64,000 nt of DNA from Deltaproteobacteria bacterium (GCA_040218735.1 JAVJQW010000060.1:1-64000), one strand, 5' to 3'. Shown: positions 8,249-20,577, counted from the stretch's first letter. The notes: generated by a model not told the origin, from the letters alone. Program-made: numbers and translations.

Positions 8249-10270
8249 TCAGGGCTTCGGTGTCGACGAGCCTCGCTCGACCGCCTGCGCCTCTTCCTCG
8301 AGCCCCTGCTGACGAAGCACCTGGACCAGGTTCCTCCGGCCACCCTCGAAGCTCGGCTGCTGCGCTACGACGCGTCGGAAGTGCTCCGTCGCCTCTTTCA
8401 GTCGGCCCGCTCGCGCCAACACGATGCCGAGCGCCGTCCGATCCCGGACATCATCGCGGACGTCCAGGGTGCGTTCGTAGAAGGCGACCGCCTCCGAAGT
8501 CTTGCCGGCGGCGTCCGCCGTCTGCGCGGCGAAACGCAGGATCTGGACGTTCTCCGGCGAGAGCTTCGCAGCCCGCGCGAAGCTCTTCGCCGCCTCGTCG
8601 AAGTCCTTCGACTCCCGGTGGAGCACGCCGAGGTTGGCGTGCGCTGCTGCCATGTTCGGCGCGAAGCCGATCGCCTGCTCGAACCGCTTCTGCGCGTCCG
8701 AGCGTCGTCCCTGCTTCTTGTGGACCAGGCCGAGGTTCACGAGCGCGGCAACCGAGTGCTCCCGTACCTCGAGCGCTGCGAGGTATGCCGCCTCGGCCTC
8801 GTCGAGGCGCCCGGCAGACTTGAACAGGTTGCCCAAGTTGTAGTGGGCGTTGAAGAGCTTGGGATCGAGCTCGATCGCGCGACGGTACGCCGTCACAGCG
8901 TCATCGATCCGGCGCGCCCCCGCGTTCGCGTTGCCGAGGTTGTAGGCCGAGACCGCCGTCCCGTCTCGTTCGAGCGCGCGCTCGTACTTCGCAATCCGCA
9001 GCGTTCGGTGCGCCTCCGGATTCGCGACCCGCGCCTCGAACGTCACGTTCCCCATCTCGTCGACAGAACGCAGCCCCGACTTCACGCGAATCGGCGGCCG
9101 GTTCGGGTTCCGCGGGTTCTCGGCCGAGTTGTCGTACGTGAAGTACATGTGAATCACCGAGCCGGCGGGCAGCTGAACCGGCTCGCGAAAGACGTACTTG
9201 TCCTGCCAACTGAAGTCCCAGTCGTCGATGTGCAGAAGCGGCACTTCCTTCCCGCTCGGTTCGACGGCCCACACCTTCGTCTCCTTGCCGAGGTAGTGGG
9301 CGTGAGGAAACGCGCTCAGGAGCTCGACGTTCACGGGGACCTCGAGCGAGTCCTCGATCCGAAAGTCCTTGTCGCCGGGTCCGATGTCGATCGGCTTGTC
9401 CCCGACGCGCAGCGTGGTCTGCAGGATCGGCGACGGGCGATCCGCGAAGTAGAGCGCGATGCGGGACTGCACCGACTCACGCCGTCCGGTCGGCTGCAGG
9501 TGGAGCTGGAGCACCAGGTTCGTGGTGCCGTCGAGCCGCCAGCTGCGCCCGTCGACCGGCGCGTTCGGCTGGTTGCCGGGAGCCCACACCAAGTAGAAAC
9601 CGTCGGGCGAAGCCGTCGGCAGATCCATGCCGTCCACGCCGGGCTGGCCGTCGTTCGACTCGAGCGCGGCGAGCATGCCCTCGCGGTCGAGGTTGACGAT
9701 CGCGTGATGGACCGCGGGTGCGTTACCGGGATCGAAGTCCCACGCCGCGACGTACTTGCGCCCCTCCAGTGCGGAGTCGAGGACGAAGTTCCGGTAGACG
9801 TCTTCGCCCTCCGCCGCGAGGACGTACGGCTGGGGCATCTCGACGACGAGGTCCGGAGGGCCCAGACGCCAACCGCCGTCGAACCGCGGCGGAGGTGGCG
9901 CATGGCTCAGATCCCCCGGAGGCGCGCCCGCCTTCACCCACGCGACGATGGTCTCGATCTGCGTGTCGTCGAGGCTCCGGTCGTTCGAAAACGCGCCGTA
10001 GCCACGCGCGGGACGCCACGGCGGCATGATGCGCTCGCGCACGACCTCCGCGATGTCCTCGGCGTGCGCCTTCACATCCTCGAAGTCGAGGAACGCGAAG
10101 GGCGCGGCCTGGTTGGGGCGGTGGCACGGCGTGCATCGGGCGTAGACGATCGGCGCGACGTCGCGTGCGAACGTCGGTGCGGTCGAAGGCGTCCCGCCCT
10201 TCGTACACGCGCTCGCGGCGAGACTCCCGGCGACGAGCACCGCGACGCGCGCTGCATCGCGCCCGTTCAC
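8249..10270 (-). CDS. Lipoprotein: cytochrome c + copper type II (PHM-like) monooxygenase domains + TPR repeats
   Basis: ASAC lipobox, CTPCH, VHH, FPHAH, DEM copper motifs, C-terminal TPRs. Confidence 0.8.
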   Translation of the reverse strand: MNGRDAARVAVLVAGSLAASACTKGGTPSTAPTFARDVAPIVYARCTPCHRPNQAAPFAFLDFEDVKAHAEDIAEVVRERIMPPWRPARGYGAFSNDRSLDDTQIETIVAWVKAGAPPGDLSHAPPPPRFDGGWRLGPPDLVVEMPQPYVLAAEGEDVYRNFVLDSALEGRKYVAAWDFDPGNAPAVHHAIVNLDREGMLAALESNDGQPGVDGMDLPTASPDGFYLVWAPGNQPNAPVDGRSWRLDGTTNLVLQLHLQPTGRRESVQSRIALYFADRPSPILQTTLRVGDKPIDIGPGDKDFRIEDSLEVPVNVELLSAFPHAHYLGKETKVWAVEPSGKEVPLLHIDDWDFSWQDKYVFREPVQLPAGSVIHMYFTYDNSAENPRNPNRPPIRVKSGLRSVDEMGNVTFEARVANPEAHRTLRIAKYERALERDGTAVSAYNLGNANAGARRIDDAVTAYRRAIELDPKLFNAHYNLGNLFKSAGRLDEAEAAYLAALEVREHSVAALVNLGLVHKKQGRRSDAQKRFEQAIGFAPNMAAAHANLGVLHRESKDFDEAAKSFARAAKLSPENVQILRFAAQTADAAGKTSEAVAFYERTLDVRDDVRDRTALGIVLARAGRLKEATEHFRRVVAQQPSFEGGRRNLVQVLRQQGLEEEAQAVERGSSTPKP

Positions 10271-10311
10271 GTTGCCGAGCTTGTCGCAGGACGCGCGAGC
10301 CCGCAACCAGG

Positions 10312-10866
10312 TCAGCGCCGGTCGATGTGGCACCCGGCGACCGTCGTCGTCTTCACGGTGACGGGCCTCTTCTCGAGTACCGCCTCGATAGCGTCGCGGA
10401 GCTCCCTTCGTGTGACCCGGTTGCGACGCTGGGTGTAGGTCACGAAGCGATCGTCGATTCGGCCCCGGTAGACCAGGGTATCCGTCGCGTCGAAGAGGGC
10501 CGCCTCCGGCGTCCGCTCGACCTCCGTCTTGTCGACGAGCGCCTGCTCGCGATCGATGAGCACCGGCGGCTCGATTTTGTAGTCCGCGACGTGGCCCACG
10601 ACGGATTTCGGTTCGCTCCCCGGGTTCGCGTAGACGAGGAACATCCGAAGGCCGCGGGCGCGGTAGTCACGATACAGACGGTTGATCTCCGGGACGTAGC
10701 GGTTCGAGATCGGGCAAGCCTCGGCGACGAACAGCAGAAGGGTCGCGGGTGCGTCTTCGCGCAGCGGATCGACGCGCCGCCCGTTCACGTCGACCGCGCC
10801 CTCAGCGCAGCCCAGCGTAACGAGCGCGAGCGCGACGAGGACCGCCCCAAGCGCAGCACGCCACAT
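10312..10866 (-). CDS. Redoxin (AhpC/TSA thioredoxin-like) lipoprotein
   Basis: CPISNRY, RTPE, YRGRIDDR, AGC motifs; TLGC lipobox. Confidence 0.85.
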   Translation of the reverse strand: MWRAALGAVLVALALVTLGCAEGAVDVNGRRVDPLREDAPATLLLFVAEACPISNRYVPEINRLYRDYRARGLRMFLVYANPGSEPKSVVGHVADYKIEPPVLIDREQALVDKTEVERTPEAALFDATDTLVYRGRIDDRFVTYTQRRNRVTRRELRDAIEAVLEKRPVTVKTTTVAGCHIDRR

Positions 10867-10915
10867 GCCCGAGACCTTACCTGCCTTCGCCCCGAGGGCG
10901 AACGCCCGCCTCGGC

Positions 10916-13846
10916 TCACTCGAAGAGTTTGTCGAGGTCCTCGACGGTCAGCTCGCGCATGAGCTTGCGGTCGCCGGTGATGATCGCGTCGGCGAGCTTC
11001 CGCTTTTCGTTCTGCAGGTGCTCGATCTTCTCCTCGACGGTGTCGCGCGTGATGAGCCGATACGCGAAGACCGGGCGCGTCTGGCCCATGCGGTGCGCGC
11101 GGTCGATCGCCTGCGCCTCCGCCGCCGGGTTCCACCACGGGTCGAGGATGAAGACGTAGTCGCTCGACGTGAGGTTCAGGCCGCACCCGCCCGCCTTCAG
11201 GCTGATGAGGAAGACCTTCTGCGTCGGGTCGTTCTGGAACGCCTCACACGCCCCACCCCGGTCGCGCGTGGCGCCGTCGAGGTAGCTGTGTTTGATGCCT
11301 TCGCGCTCCAGGCGCATCCGCACGATCTGGAGCAGCGTCGTGAACTGCGAGAAGACCAGCGCCTTGTGCCCGTTCTGCACGACGTGATCGATCATCGTGA
11401 ACAGCGACGCGAGCTTCGCGCTGTCCTCCGCCATGCGGGTCTTGTCGATGAGCCCCGGGTGACACGCCGCCTGACGCAGCCGCAGCAGCGCTTCGAGCAC
11501 GTGGATCTTCGCCTTCGCGAGCCCGACCTCGTCGATCCGTGAGGTGAGTGTGTTCCGGTAGAAGGTGCGCAGCTCGTCGTACTTGTTGCGCTCCTCCTCG
11601 CCGAGGTCGACGTAGAGTGTCTTCTCCGTCTTCTCGGGGAGGTCCTTCAGCACCTGCTCCTTCGTGCGCCGGAGCATGAACGGCTTCAGCGAGCGGGACA
11701 GCAGGTCGAGCCACTCCTCGTCCTTGTCGCGCTCGTGCGCGGAGAACTCGTCGAGGGTCCCGAGCATCCCGGGGTTCAGGAACTCGAAGATCGACCAGAG
11801 CTCCTCCAGGCTGTTCTCGATCGGCGTCCCGCTGATCGCGAGCCGATGATCCGCGCGCACCAGCCGACACGCCTTCGCCGACTGAGAGCGCGGGTTCTTG
11901 ATGGCCTGCGCCTCGTCCAACACGATCGTGTTGAACTGCAGATCGAGGAAGTGAAGGATGTCCTGCCGGAGCGTCCCGTACGTGGTGACGATCAGGTCGT
12001 AGTCCTCGAGCGCCTCCCGCACCTTCTCACGGCGCGCGCCCGTGTACTCGACGACCTTCAGCTCGGGCGCGAACTTCTCCGCCTCGCGCTGCCAGTTGAA
12101 CAGCAGGCTCCGAGGCACGACGATCAGCGACGGCCGGTGCTGCCGCGGCATCTCCCCGCCGGGGCGGTGCCGCCCCTGGAGCATCGCGAGGACCTGGACC
12201 GTCTTGCCGAGGCCCATGTCGTCCGCGAGGCAGCCGCCGTACTGCGACGTCTCGAGGAAGGTGAGCCACGCGAGCCCCTCGCGCTGGTACGGCCGCAGCT
12301 TCCCGACGAACCCGGTCGGCTCCTCCACCGTCTCCGTCTTCGCCTTGTCGAAGAGCTTCTTCAGCCGCGCGTACTTCACGTCGACCGACACGTCGTCGTG
12401 CCCGGTCATCAGCGCGTCGATGATCCCCGCCTGCGACGGCGAGAACCGCAGCTTCAACCCGACCTGTTTGCCGGTCTGCGCGAACGCCGCGTAGCGCGTC
12501 ATCCAGTCGGGGACGACGCCGCGGCTGCCGTCGGAGAGCGTCACGTACGACTCCCCGCGCGTCGCGCACAACAGCAGCTCGGGGAGCGAAGCCGTCGCGT
12601 CTCCGTAGTCGAGCACGCCTTCGAGATCGAACCAGTCGATCCCGGAGCTGACCTTCGTGCGCAGCACACCGTTCGCGCGGATCGCCTGCCCGTCCGCCTC
12701 GATGTGCCAGTCCTCGTCGACCAGCTCGCGGATCACACGCGACAGGTGCTTCGCGGGTATCTTCACCTCACCGCGACCCCGCTCCTCGCCGTCGGTCGGC
12801 TTCACTCCGGCCATGGCGAGTCGCGAGAGGAACCCGCGCTCGGCGCGTTTGTCGCGCGAGAAGAGCTGCCGTCCGTTTTCGTCCGCCACCACGCGACAGC
12901 GTGACGACGCGTCGATCACCGCCCCGCCGTAGTCGAACCCCACGCGACCGATCACGTACTTGGTGACGGTCGGATCCTCCTGCGGCGCGAACACCACGCG
13001 CGGGCGCGGCTTCACCTTGGCCTTGGACCAGTGCAGCTCCGGCGGCAGCTCGATCTCCGGGAGGTTCGGCATCGCCGCCAGCTCCACGAGGAACTCGTCG
13101 CGCGCCTCCATCGGGACCCGCACCTCGCCGTGTCGGCGCAGGCGGAACACCCAGTCGATCGCCTCACCGGCGTCGATGGACTGGATCCGATCCTCGTGTA
13201 CGAACAGCCCGCTCGAGAGCACGAGCCGCGGCTCGTTGATGTCCAGGCGCTCGTCGTCCCGGACCAGCGCGCCCCACAGCGCCCAGGCGTCCTCGGACGC
13301 CTGCGTGACGGAGAGCGTCACCGTGAACGGCTCGCCGGGATCGTAGGTCAGCGGCGTCGTGGGGTGGACGTTCGGCATCCCCCCTTCGACCGAGAACCGC
13401 CCCGTCCGACACAGGCGCGGCAGCACCAGCTCGAACATCCCGGGCCGCACCACGCTGCGCGAATACCGCGCACGCGGATCGAGCCGGGCGTAGCTCTTCC
13501 CCTCCGCGGAGTTGCCGAGGAGCAAGGACAACACGTCGCGGTCCTCGGGGTACTCCAGCGCGAACACCGCGCGTTCGTCCAGCTCCAGGGGCTTCAGCGG
13601 CGCCTCGGCGCCCTCGCGCTCGTAGAAGTCGACGACCAGCTGGTCCCGCATGCGCGTCTCGCGCAGGTTCAGCAGGTAGATGATCTCGGAGGGCGCCTTC
13701 TCGACGAGCACCTCGCGCACGGCGTCCGGGTCCGTCGCCGGACCGCGCGACGCGAGCCGCGCGAGCGCGCTCTTCCACTGCGGCTTCTTCCGCTTCGGCG
13801 GATCGCGATCCGAGGGATCGGTCTTTCGAGGTTCGACGTGGGCCAC
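10916..13846 (-). CDS. SNF2 family DEAD/DEAH helicase
   Basis: LADDMGLGKT, LDEAQAIKN, SGTPIEN, FSQF, DPWWNPA, QAIDRAHRMGQ. Confidence 0.95.
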   Translation of the reverse strand: MAHVEPRKTDPSDRDPPKRKKPQWKSALARLASRGPATDPDAVREVLVEKAPSEIIYLLNLRETRMRDQLVVDFYEREGAEAPLKPLELDERAVFALEYPEDRDVLSLLLGNSAEGKSYARLDPRARYSRSVVRPGMFELVLPRLCRTGRFSVEGGMPNVHPTTPLTYDPGEPFTVTLSVTQASEDAWALWGALVRDDERLDINEPRLVLSSGLFVHEDRIQSIDAGEAIDWVFRLRRHGEVRVPMEARDEFLVELAAMPNLPEIELPPELHWSKAKVKPRPRVVFAPQEDPTVTKYVIGRVGFDYGGAVIDASSRCRVVADENGRQLFSRDKRAERGFLSRLAMAGVKPTDGEERGRGEVKIPAKHLSRVIRELVDEDWHIEADGQAIRANGVLRTKVSSGIDWFDLEGVLDYGDATASLPELLLCATRGESYVTLSDGSRGVVPDWMTRYAAFAQTGKQVGLKLRFSPSQAGIIDALMTGHDDVSVDVKYARLKKLFDKAKTETVEEPTGFVGKLRPYQREGLAWLTFLETSQYGGCLADDMGLGKTVQVLAMLQGRHRPGGEMPRQHRPSLIVVPRSLLFNWQREAEKFAPELKVVEYTGARREKVREALEDYDLIVTTYGTLRQDILHFLDLQFNTIVLDEAQAIKNPRSQSAKACRLVRADHRLAISGTPIENSLEELWSIFEFLNPGMLGTLDEFSAHERDKDEEWLDLLSRSLKPFMLRRTKEQVLKDLPEKTEKTLYVDLGEEERNKYDELRTFYRNTLTSRIDEVGLAKAKIHVLEALLRLRQAACHPGLIDKTRMAEDSAKLASLFTMIDHVVQNGHKALVFSQFTTLLQIVRMRLEREGIKHSYLDGATRDRGGACEAFQNDPTQKVFLISLKAGGCGLNLTSSDYVFILDPWWNPAAEAQAIDRAHRMGQTRPVFAYRLITRDTVEEKIEHLQNEKRKLADAIITGDRKLMRELTVEDLDKLFE

Positions 13847-13927
13847 GTGATGAAGTCCGTTGGAATTCGGCGCGACGCAACATGCCGCGTCAGCGCGAAC
13901 GCAACGTATCCAAACGCGGAGGCCGAA

Positions 13928-14920
13928 TCAACGCGACCCGTAGTTGTGCTTCGACGTCTCTTCGTTGCGATCGGTCGCCGGCGGCGGCGCGGGGAAGATC
14001 GACGCGATGCGATCGTACGTCGCCTCGTCGAGATCGATCGACGCTGCGGGCAACACCGCTTCCAATTGTTCGAGGTTGCGTGCACCGATCAGCGGCGCCG
14101 TGATCCCCGGGTGCGCCGCGACCCACGCGACCGCGAGCGCGGCCGGGTGGTGGCCGAGCTCCTTCGCCAACGCCGTGAACCGATCCGCCGCCTCGAAGTA
14201 GACGTCACCGCCGTAGCGCGTCGTGTACATCTTGTCGGTCACGAGCCGCCCCGAGTCGGGCCGCTTCGACGCACCGTACTTGCCGGTGAGCAACCCGCCG
14301 CCGAGGGGGCTGTAGCTCATCACACCGATCCCCTCCGCGATCGCCATCGGGAGGATCTCCACCTCCGCCTGACGCTTCACGAGGTTGTACATCGGCTGCG
14401 AGCACACCACCGGCGTCCCGCCCGACGCACGGCCGAGCCCGAGGAGCTTCATGGTCTGCCACGCCGAGAAGTTGCTGACGCCGAGGTAGAGGATCTTGCC
14501 CTGCCGCACGAGGTCGTCGATCGCGCGCAGCGTCTCGTCCGCCGGTGTCACGTCGTCCCAGCGGTGCAGGAAGAACAGATCGATGTACTCGGTCTGCAGC
14601 CGACGCAGGCTCGCTTCGACCGCGCGCACCAGGTGGTACCGCGAGTTGCCGCGCGCGTTCACGTCGTCGCTGGTCGGGAAGTACGCCTTCGAAGTGAGGA
14701 CGACACGATCCCGCTCGTGCTGACTGAACCGCCCGAGCAGCTCCTCGGAGAAGCCGCCGTTGTAGACGTCGGCGCAGTCGAACACGTTGATGCCCACGTC
14801 GCGCACGCGTCGGTAGAGCGCCTCGGAGGTCGCCTCGTCGGCGTAGCCGCCGAAGGTCATCGTGCCGAAGGCGAGCTTGGAGACCTTCACGCCGGTCGGG
14901 CCCAGGAATCGGTAGTCCAT
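13928..14920 (-). CDS. Aldo/keto reductase
   Basis: FGTMTFG, FDCADVY, SLRRLQTEYIDL, YSPLGGGLLTGKY. Confidence 0.95.
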   Translation of the reverse strand: MDYRFLGPTGVKVSKLAFGTMTFGGYADEATSEALYRRVRDVGINVFDCADVYNGGFSEELLGRFSQHERDRVVLTSKAYFPTSDDVNARGNSRYHLVRAVEASLRRLQTEYIDLFFLHRWDDVTPADETLRAIDDLVRQGKILYLGVSNFSAWQTMKLLGLGRASGGTPVVCSQPMYNLVKRQAEVEILPMAIAEGIGVMSYSPLGGGLLTGKYGASKRPDSGRLVTDKMYTTRYGGDVYFEAADRFTALAKELGHHPAALAVAWVAAHPGITAPLIGARNLEQLEAVLPAASIDLDEATYDRIASIFPAPPPATDRNEETSKHNYGSR

Positions 14921-14944
14921 GGCTTCGGAACCTACCGCGGACCG

Positions 14945-15850
14945 TCATTTCAGCGGGAAGGTTTTCAACGTCGCCGCGAGCCGACGCAGCTCCCGGTCGC
15001 GTACGTGGTCCGCGCGCCAGATCAGCCGGAACACGTCCTGCCGCGGATCGACCTTCGGCATCACCCGGACGAGGCGCTTCGCCTTCAGGTCGGGCTCTAC
15101 GAAGTACCGCGGAAGCACCGCGACACCCGCGCCCGCGAGGACGCGGTGACGCACGGCGGCGATCGTCCCCATGCGCTCGATCCGCTCGAACGCCCACCCC
15201 GGCTCGGCGGGCACCGCGTCGAGGAAGTAGCGCCACAGCGGCAGGTCGGACTGCGTGTCGATCAGGACGTGGTTCGGCGCATCGGCGGCGGACTTCAGCG
15301 GGTGTTTGGCGAGGTACTTCTTCGCGCCGACGAAGACGTAGTCCTCGTCATGCAGCGGCGCGTACGCGAGGCCGACCTGCGACACCCGAAAGCTCGAAAC
15401 GACCGCGTCGATGTTCTGCTCGAGCACGTTCCGCAGCAGGTCCGTCGACTCGCCGAAGTAGTAGTGGATGAACCGCTCCGGCCGCTCCTTCTGAAGCTCC
15501 GGCAACGACGGCACGAGCCACGACATCCCCAGCTCGAAGCGCGTCCCGATCACCAGCTCGAACGGCGGCGTCTGCTCCGGATCGCGCGCCGCCTCCCGGG
15601 CGATCCGCTCGTGCTCGAACAGTCGCTCCGCGGGGCCGACGAAACGCTCGCCCGCTTCGGTGAGGTGCATCGTTCGCGTCGTCCGTTCGAACAGCGGCGC
15701 GCCGAGATCTTCTTCGAGCCGCTTGATACGTTCACCGAACGCGGCGGGCGACAGGTGCACCAGCTCCGCCGCGGCGCGGAAGCTCCGCTCCCTCGCAGCG
15801 GCGAGGAAACAGCGGACGGACTCGAGGTCGAGGGGGTTGTTCGGATCCAC
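14945..15850 (-). CDS. LysR family transcriptional regulator
   Basis: SFRAAAELVHLSPAAFGERIKRLEEDLGAPLFERTTR HTH plus substrate-binding domain. Confidence 0.95.
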   Translation of the reverse strand: MDPNNPLDLESVRCFLAAARERSFRAAAELVHLSPAAFGERIKRLEEDLGAPLFERTTRTMHLTEAGERFVGPAERLFEHERIAREAARDPEQTPPFELVIGTRFELGMSWLVPSLPELQKERPERFIHYYFGESTDLLRNVLEQNIDAVVSSFRVSQVGLAYAPLHDEDYVFVGAKKYLAKHPLKSAADAPNHVLIDTQSDLPLWRYFLDAVPAEPGWAFERIERMGTIAAVRHRVLAGAGVAVLPRYFVEPDLKAKRLVRVMPKVDPRQDVFRLIWRADHVRDRELRRLAATLKTFPLK

Positions 15851-15912
15851 CGTACAATAGTGTACTCGAAGTTCCGCTTCTCAGCACAACGGCTCCGCGC
15901 CATGATGACCAC

Positions 15913-16266
15913 ATGAGCTCGCGCCACACGTTGAAACTCAAGGCACTCCGCGCCGCCGCCGGCGTGGCGTTGTTCACCGGGGCCGTCGGGTGCGGCACCG
16001 TCGACACCGAAACGCTGGACCAGGCGACCACGATCGACGACGCGGGTGCGGTCGTCGCGCGCGACGCCGGCGCTCCGCGCGACGCCGGGTTCCGCGATGC
16101 GGGGTTCGTCGACGCCGGGCACCCCGACGCCGGCTTCGTCAGCTGCGATCAGGCGACGATGACCCCCGAGGACTACATCGCGTGCTGCGAGTCGATCGGC
16201 TGGGACTGGAACCGGGGCTGCGCCGCCTGGGGCCCCCCCGCGCCGCCCGCGATGGAGGTGGCGTGA
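15913..16266 (+). CDS. Small lipoprotein with DAG linker and Cys/Trp-rich C-terminus
   Basis: AVGC lipobox; DAG repeats; CCESIGWDWNRGCAAWGPPAPP tail; TGA overlaps the next ATG. Confidence 0.75.
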   Translation: MSSRHTLKLKALRAAAGVALFTGAVGCGTVDTETLDQATTIDDAGAVVARDAGAPRDAGFRDAGFVDAGHPDAGFVSCDQATMTPEDYIACCESIGWDWNRGCAAWGPPAPPAMEVA

Positions 16267-17090
16267 TGACCACGCTCGACCTCACGCGCGAGGCCGCCGC
16301 GCACCTCGTCGATCTCTCCGGCCCCGTCCTTACCCGCGCGGAGCGTGTGCTCGTGGAGAGCACGTGGCGCGGTCGCATGGCGAACGAGTACGCGTCCGCC
16401 CGAGTGTTCGCCGGCCTCGTCCCCCAGTTGATGCGTGCGCAGCTCTCGGCGGCGAGGATCGCAGACCTCGCGACCTTCGTCGCCGATGAGCTGTCTCATG
16501 CGCAGCAGTGCGCGGGCGTGCTGGTCTCGCTCGCGGCGCGCCCCGTCGCCGAGCTGCCGACGCTCGACGACATCCCCACGCACACCGACTGCGGCCCCCT
16601 CGAGGGCGCGCTGCGGAACGTCCTGAGCATCTGCTGCCTCTCCGAGACGGTCGCGGTCAGCCTGATCAACGCAGAGCGGATCGAGCAGGCCGAGTCCCCG
16701 ATCGGCGACGTCCTGCAGCGCATCCTCGCCGACGAGGTCAAACACGCGCGCTTCGGGTGGAAGCTCCTCGAGGACCTCGAGATCGACGCCGCGATGAAGG
16801 CCAACCTGTCGCGGTACCTCCACGTCGCGTTCGCGCACCTCGAGCGGCACGAGCTCGAACACCTCTCGCCCCTCCCCGCGCCGACCAACGCGATGGCTTA
16901 CGGCGCGTGTGACGGCGCGCTCGCGCGCGACATCTTCTTTTCGACGATCGAAGAGGTGATCGTGCCGCGCCTCGAACAGCACGGCTTCGATGCGCGCACC
17001 GCCTGGCAGGAGCGCTCGTTCACGGCGCCGGCGCCGGCGGCTACCCCGAGCGAGGCCGCTCCAGTTCCTACGTCGGCTCGGGCCCTCTGA
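16266..17090 (+). CDS. Ferritin-like diiron domain protein
   Basis: Two E...DExxH units: ANE/ADELSH and LSE/ADEVKH. Confidence 0.85.
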   Translation: MTTLDLTREAAAHLVDLSGPVLTRAERVLVESTWRGRMANEYASARVFAGLVPQLMRAQLSAARIADLATFVADELSHAQQCAGVLVSLAARPVAELPTLDDIPTHTDCGPLEGALRNVLSICCLSETVAVSLINAERIEQAESPIGDVLQRILADEVKHARFGWKLLEDLEIDAAMKANLSRYLHVAFAHLERHELEHLSPLPAPTNAMAYGACDGALARDIFFSTIEEVIVPRLEQHGFDARTAWQERSFTAPAPAATPSEAAPVPTSARAL

Positions 17091-17146
17091 CCGCCCGCGG
17101 TCGAGGGCGCTGGCCTTTCGGCCGCCAAAGCGCCGAGGATAGCGGC

Positions 17147-17830
17147 ATGGCGTCGCCCGTGCCGGTCCCTCCGCGTCCGACCCCCGAGCGCCCGATCGGA
17201 TTGCTGGTCGCGCTGGCGTTCGGCCCGATCGTCGCGGTGTTCGTCGTGTTGTTCGTCTACCGCGGATTCGTGGGCGACGAGGACGCGCCGCGCCCGAAGA
17301 AGTCCGTGGGGATCGTCGCGGTCCCCGATGTCCCGGAGCCGCCCGAGCCACCGGAGCCGCCCGAGCCGCCGGAGCCTTTCGAGGACATCGACGACGACGA
17401 CATCGAGGAGCTCGCCAAGGTGGAGGGGACCGGCGACGACGGATCCGGCAAGGGGTTCGACGCGGCGCTCTCGCTCGGCGGGCCTCAGATCATGCTCATC
17501 GCGGGCAGCGGTCGAAGTGTGAAGAAGCTCTGCACGGCGGAGTCGAAGGTTACGATCACCGGGGATCAGAACACCGTGGAGCTGGTCGGTGAGTGTAACG
17601 CGGTGATCGTCTTCGGAGACCACAACACGATTCGGTCCGAGAAGTCGGCGTCACTGCTCGTCGCCGGCGACCACAACCACGTCCGCGTCGCTCGCATCCG
17701 GCAGATCGTGCTTCGGGGTAGCCACGGCGTCGTCGAGTACGAGGCGAGCTACGACGAAGGCGGCGCGCCCAGGATCGACAAGAAGGGTCATACGAACTCG
17801 GTCCGACAGGTCGCCGCCGCCGACGGATGA
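17147..17830 (+). CDS. Membrane-anchored DUF3060-like beta-repeat protein
   Basis: N-terminal TM, (PEP)n linker, repeated xxGDxNxV motifs. Confidence 0.7.
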   Translation: MASPVPVPPRPTPERPIGLLVALAFGPIVAVFVVLFVYRGFVGDEDAPRPKKSVGIVAVPDVPEPPEPPEPPEPPEPFEDIDDDDIEELAKVEGTGDDGSGKGFDAALSLGGPQIMLIAGSGRSVKKLCTAESKVTITGDQNTVELVGECNAVIVFGDHNTIRSEKSASLLVAGDHNHVRVARIRQIVLRGSHGVVEYEASYDEGGAPRIDKKGHTNSVRQVAAADG

Positions 17831-17834
17831 CGCG

Positions 17835-19883
<2,049 letters not shown>

Positions 19884-19893
19884 GCTTCGGAGA

Positions 19894-20577
19894 CTAACCG
19901 GGTCCCGTGCGAATGTTGAGGTCGATGACGTCCGCGGTGCGCGGGAGGCCGAGGGCGTGGACGATCGAGGACGCGACGTCCGCCGGGTCGATGTACTTGT
20001 CCGGCTCGTAGGGGGCCCCCTCCATCTGCCGGACCGCCTGCTGCATCGGGGTCGCCGTGCGCCCCGGGTAGACGCTGAGGACGCGGACCCCCTTGGGCTT
20101 CACCTCGTGCCGCAGGCTGTCGGCGATCGCCTTGATGCCGAACTTGCTCGCCGCGTAGTGGCCCCAGTTCGGGTTCGCGTTGAGCCCCGCGCCGGAGTTG
20201 ACGAACACCACGTGGCCCTTCGCCGCCACGAGCTTCGGGAGCATGACCTGCGTGAGCAGGACGGGCGCGCGCAGGTTGAGCGCGAAGTTCGTCTCGAGGT
20301 CCTCGATGGGCGCCTCCGCGATCGGGCCGAGCGTGCAGACCCCCGCGCTGTGGATCAGGATGTCGAGCGCGGGGAGCGCGCCGAGCGCTTCGACCTGCGT
20401 GCGGTCGGTGAGGTCCACCGCGTGCGGCGTGATCCCGTCGCTCTCCAGCGCGGCGAGGCGCGTGGCGTCGCGGCCGAGCCCGTGCACGGTGGCGCCCTTC
20501 TTCGCGAGCTGGACGGCGACGTCGCGGCCGATGCCGCTGGACGCGCCGGTGACGAGGGCCGTCTTCCCTTCGAACAT
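19894..20577 (-). CDS. SDR family oxidoreductase
   Basis: TGASSGIG, YAASK. Confidence 0.93.
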   Translation of the reverse strand: MFEGKTALVTGASSGIGRDVAVQLAKKGATVHGLGRDATRLAALESDGITPHAVDLTDRTQVEALGALPALDILIHSAGVCTLGPIAEAPIEDLETNFALNLRAPVLLTQVMLPKLVAAKGHVVFVNSGAGLNANPNWGHYAASKFGIKAIADSLRHEVKPKGVRVLSVYPGRTATPMQQAVRQMEGAPYEPDKYIDPADVASSIVHALGLPRTADVIDLNIRTGPG

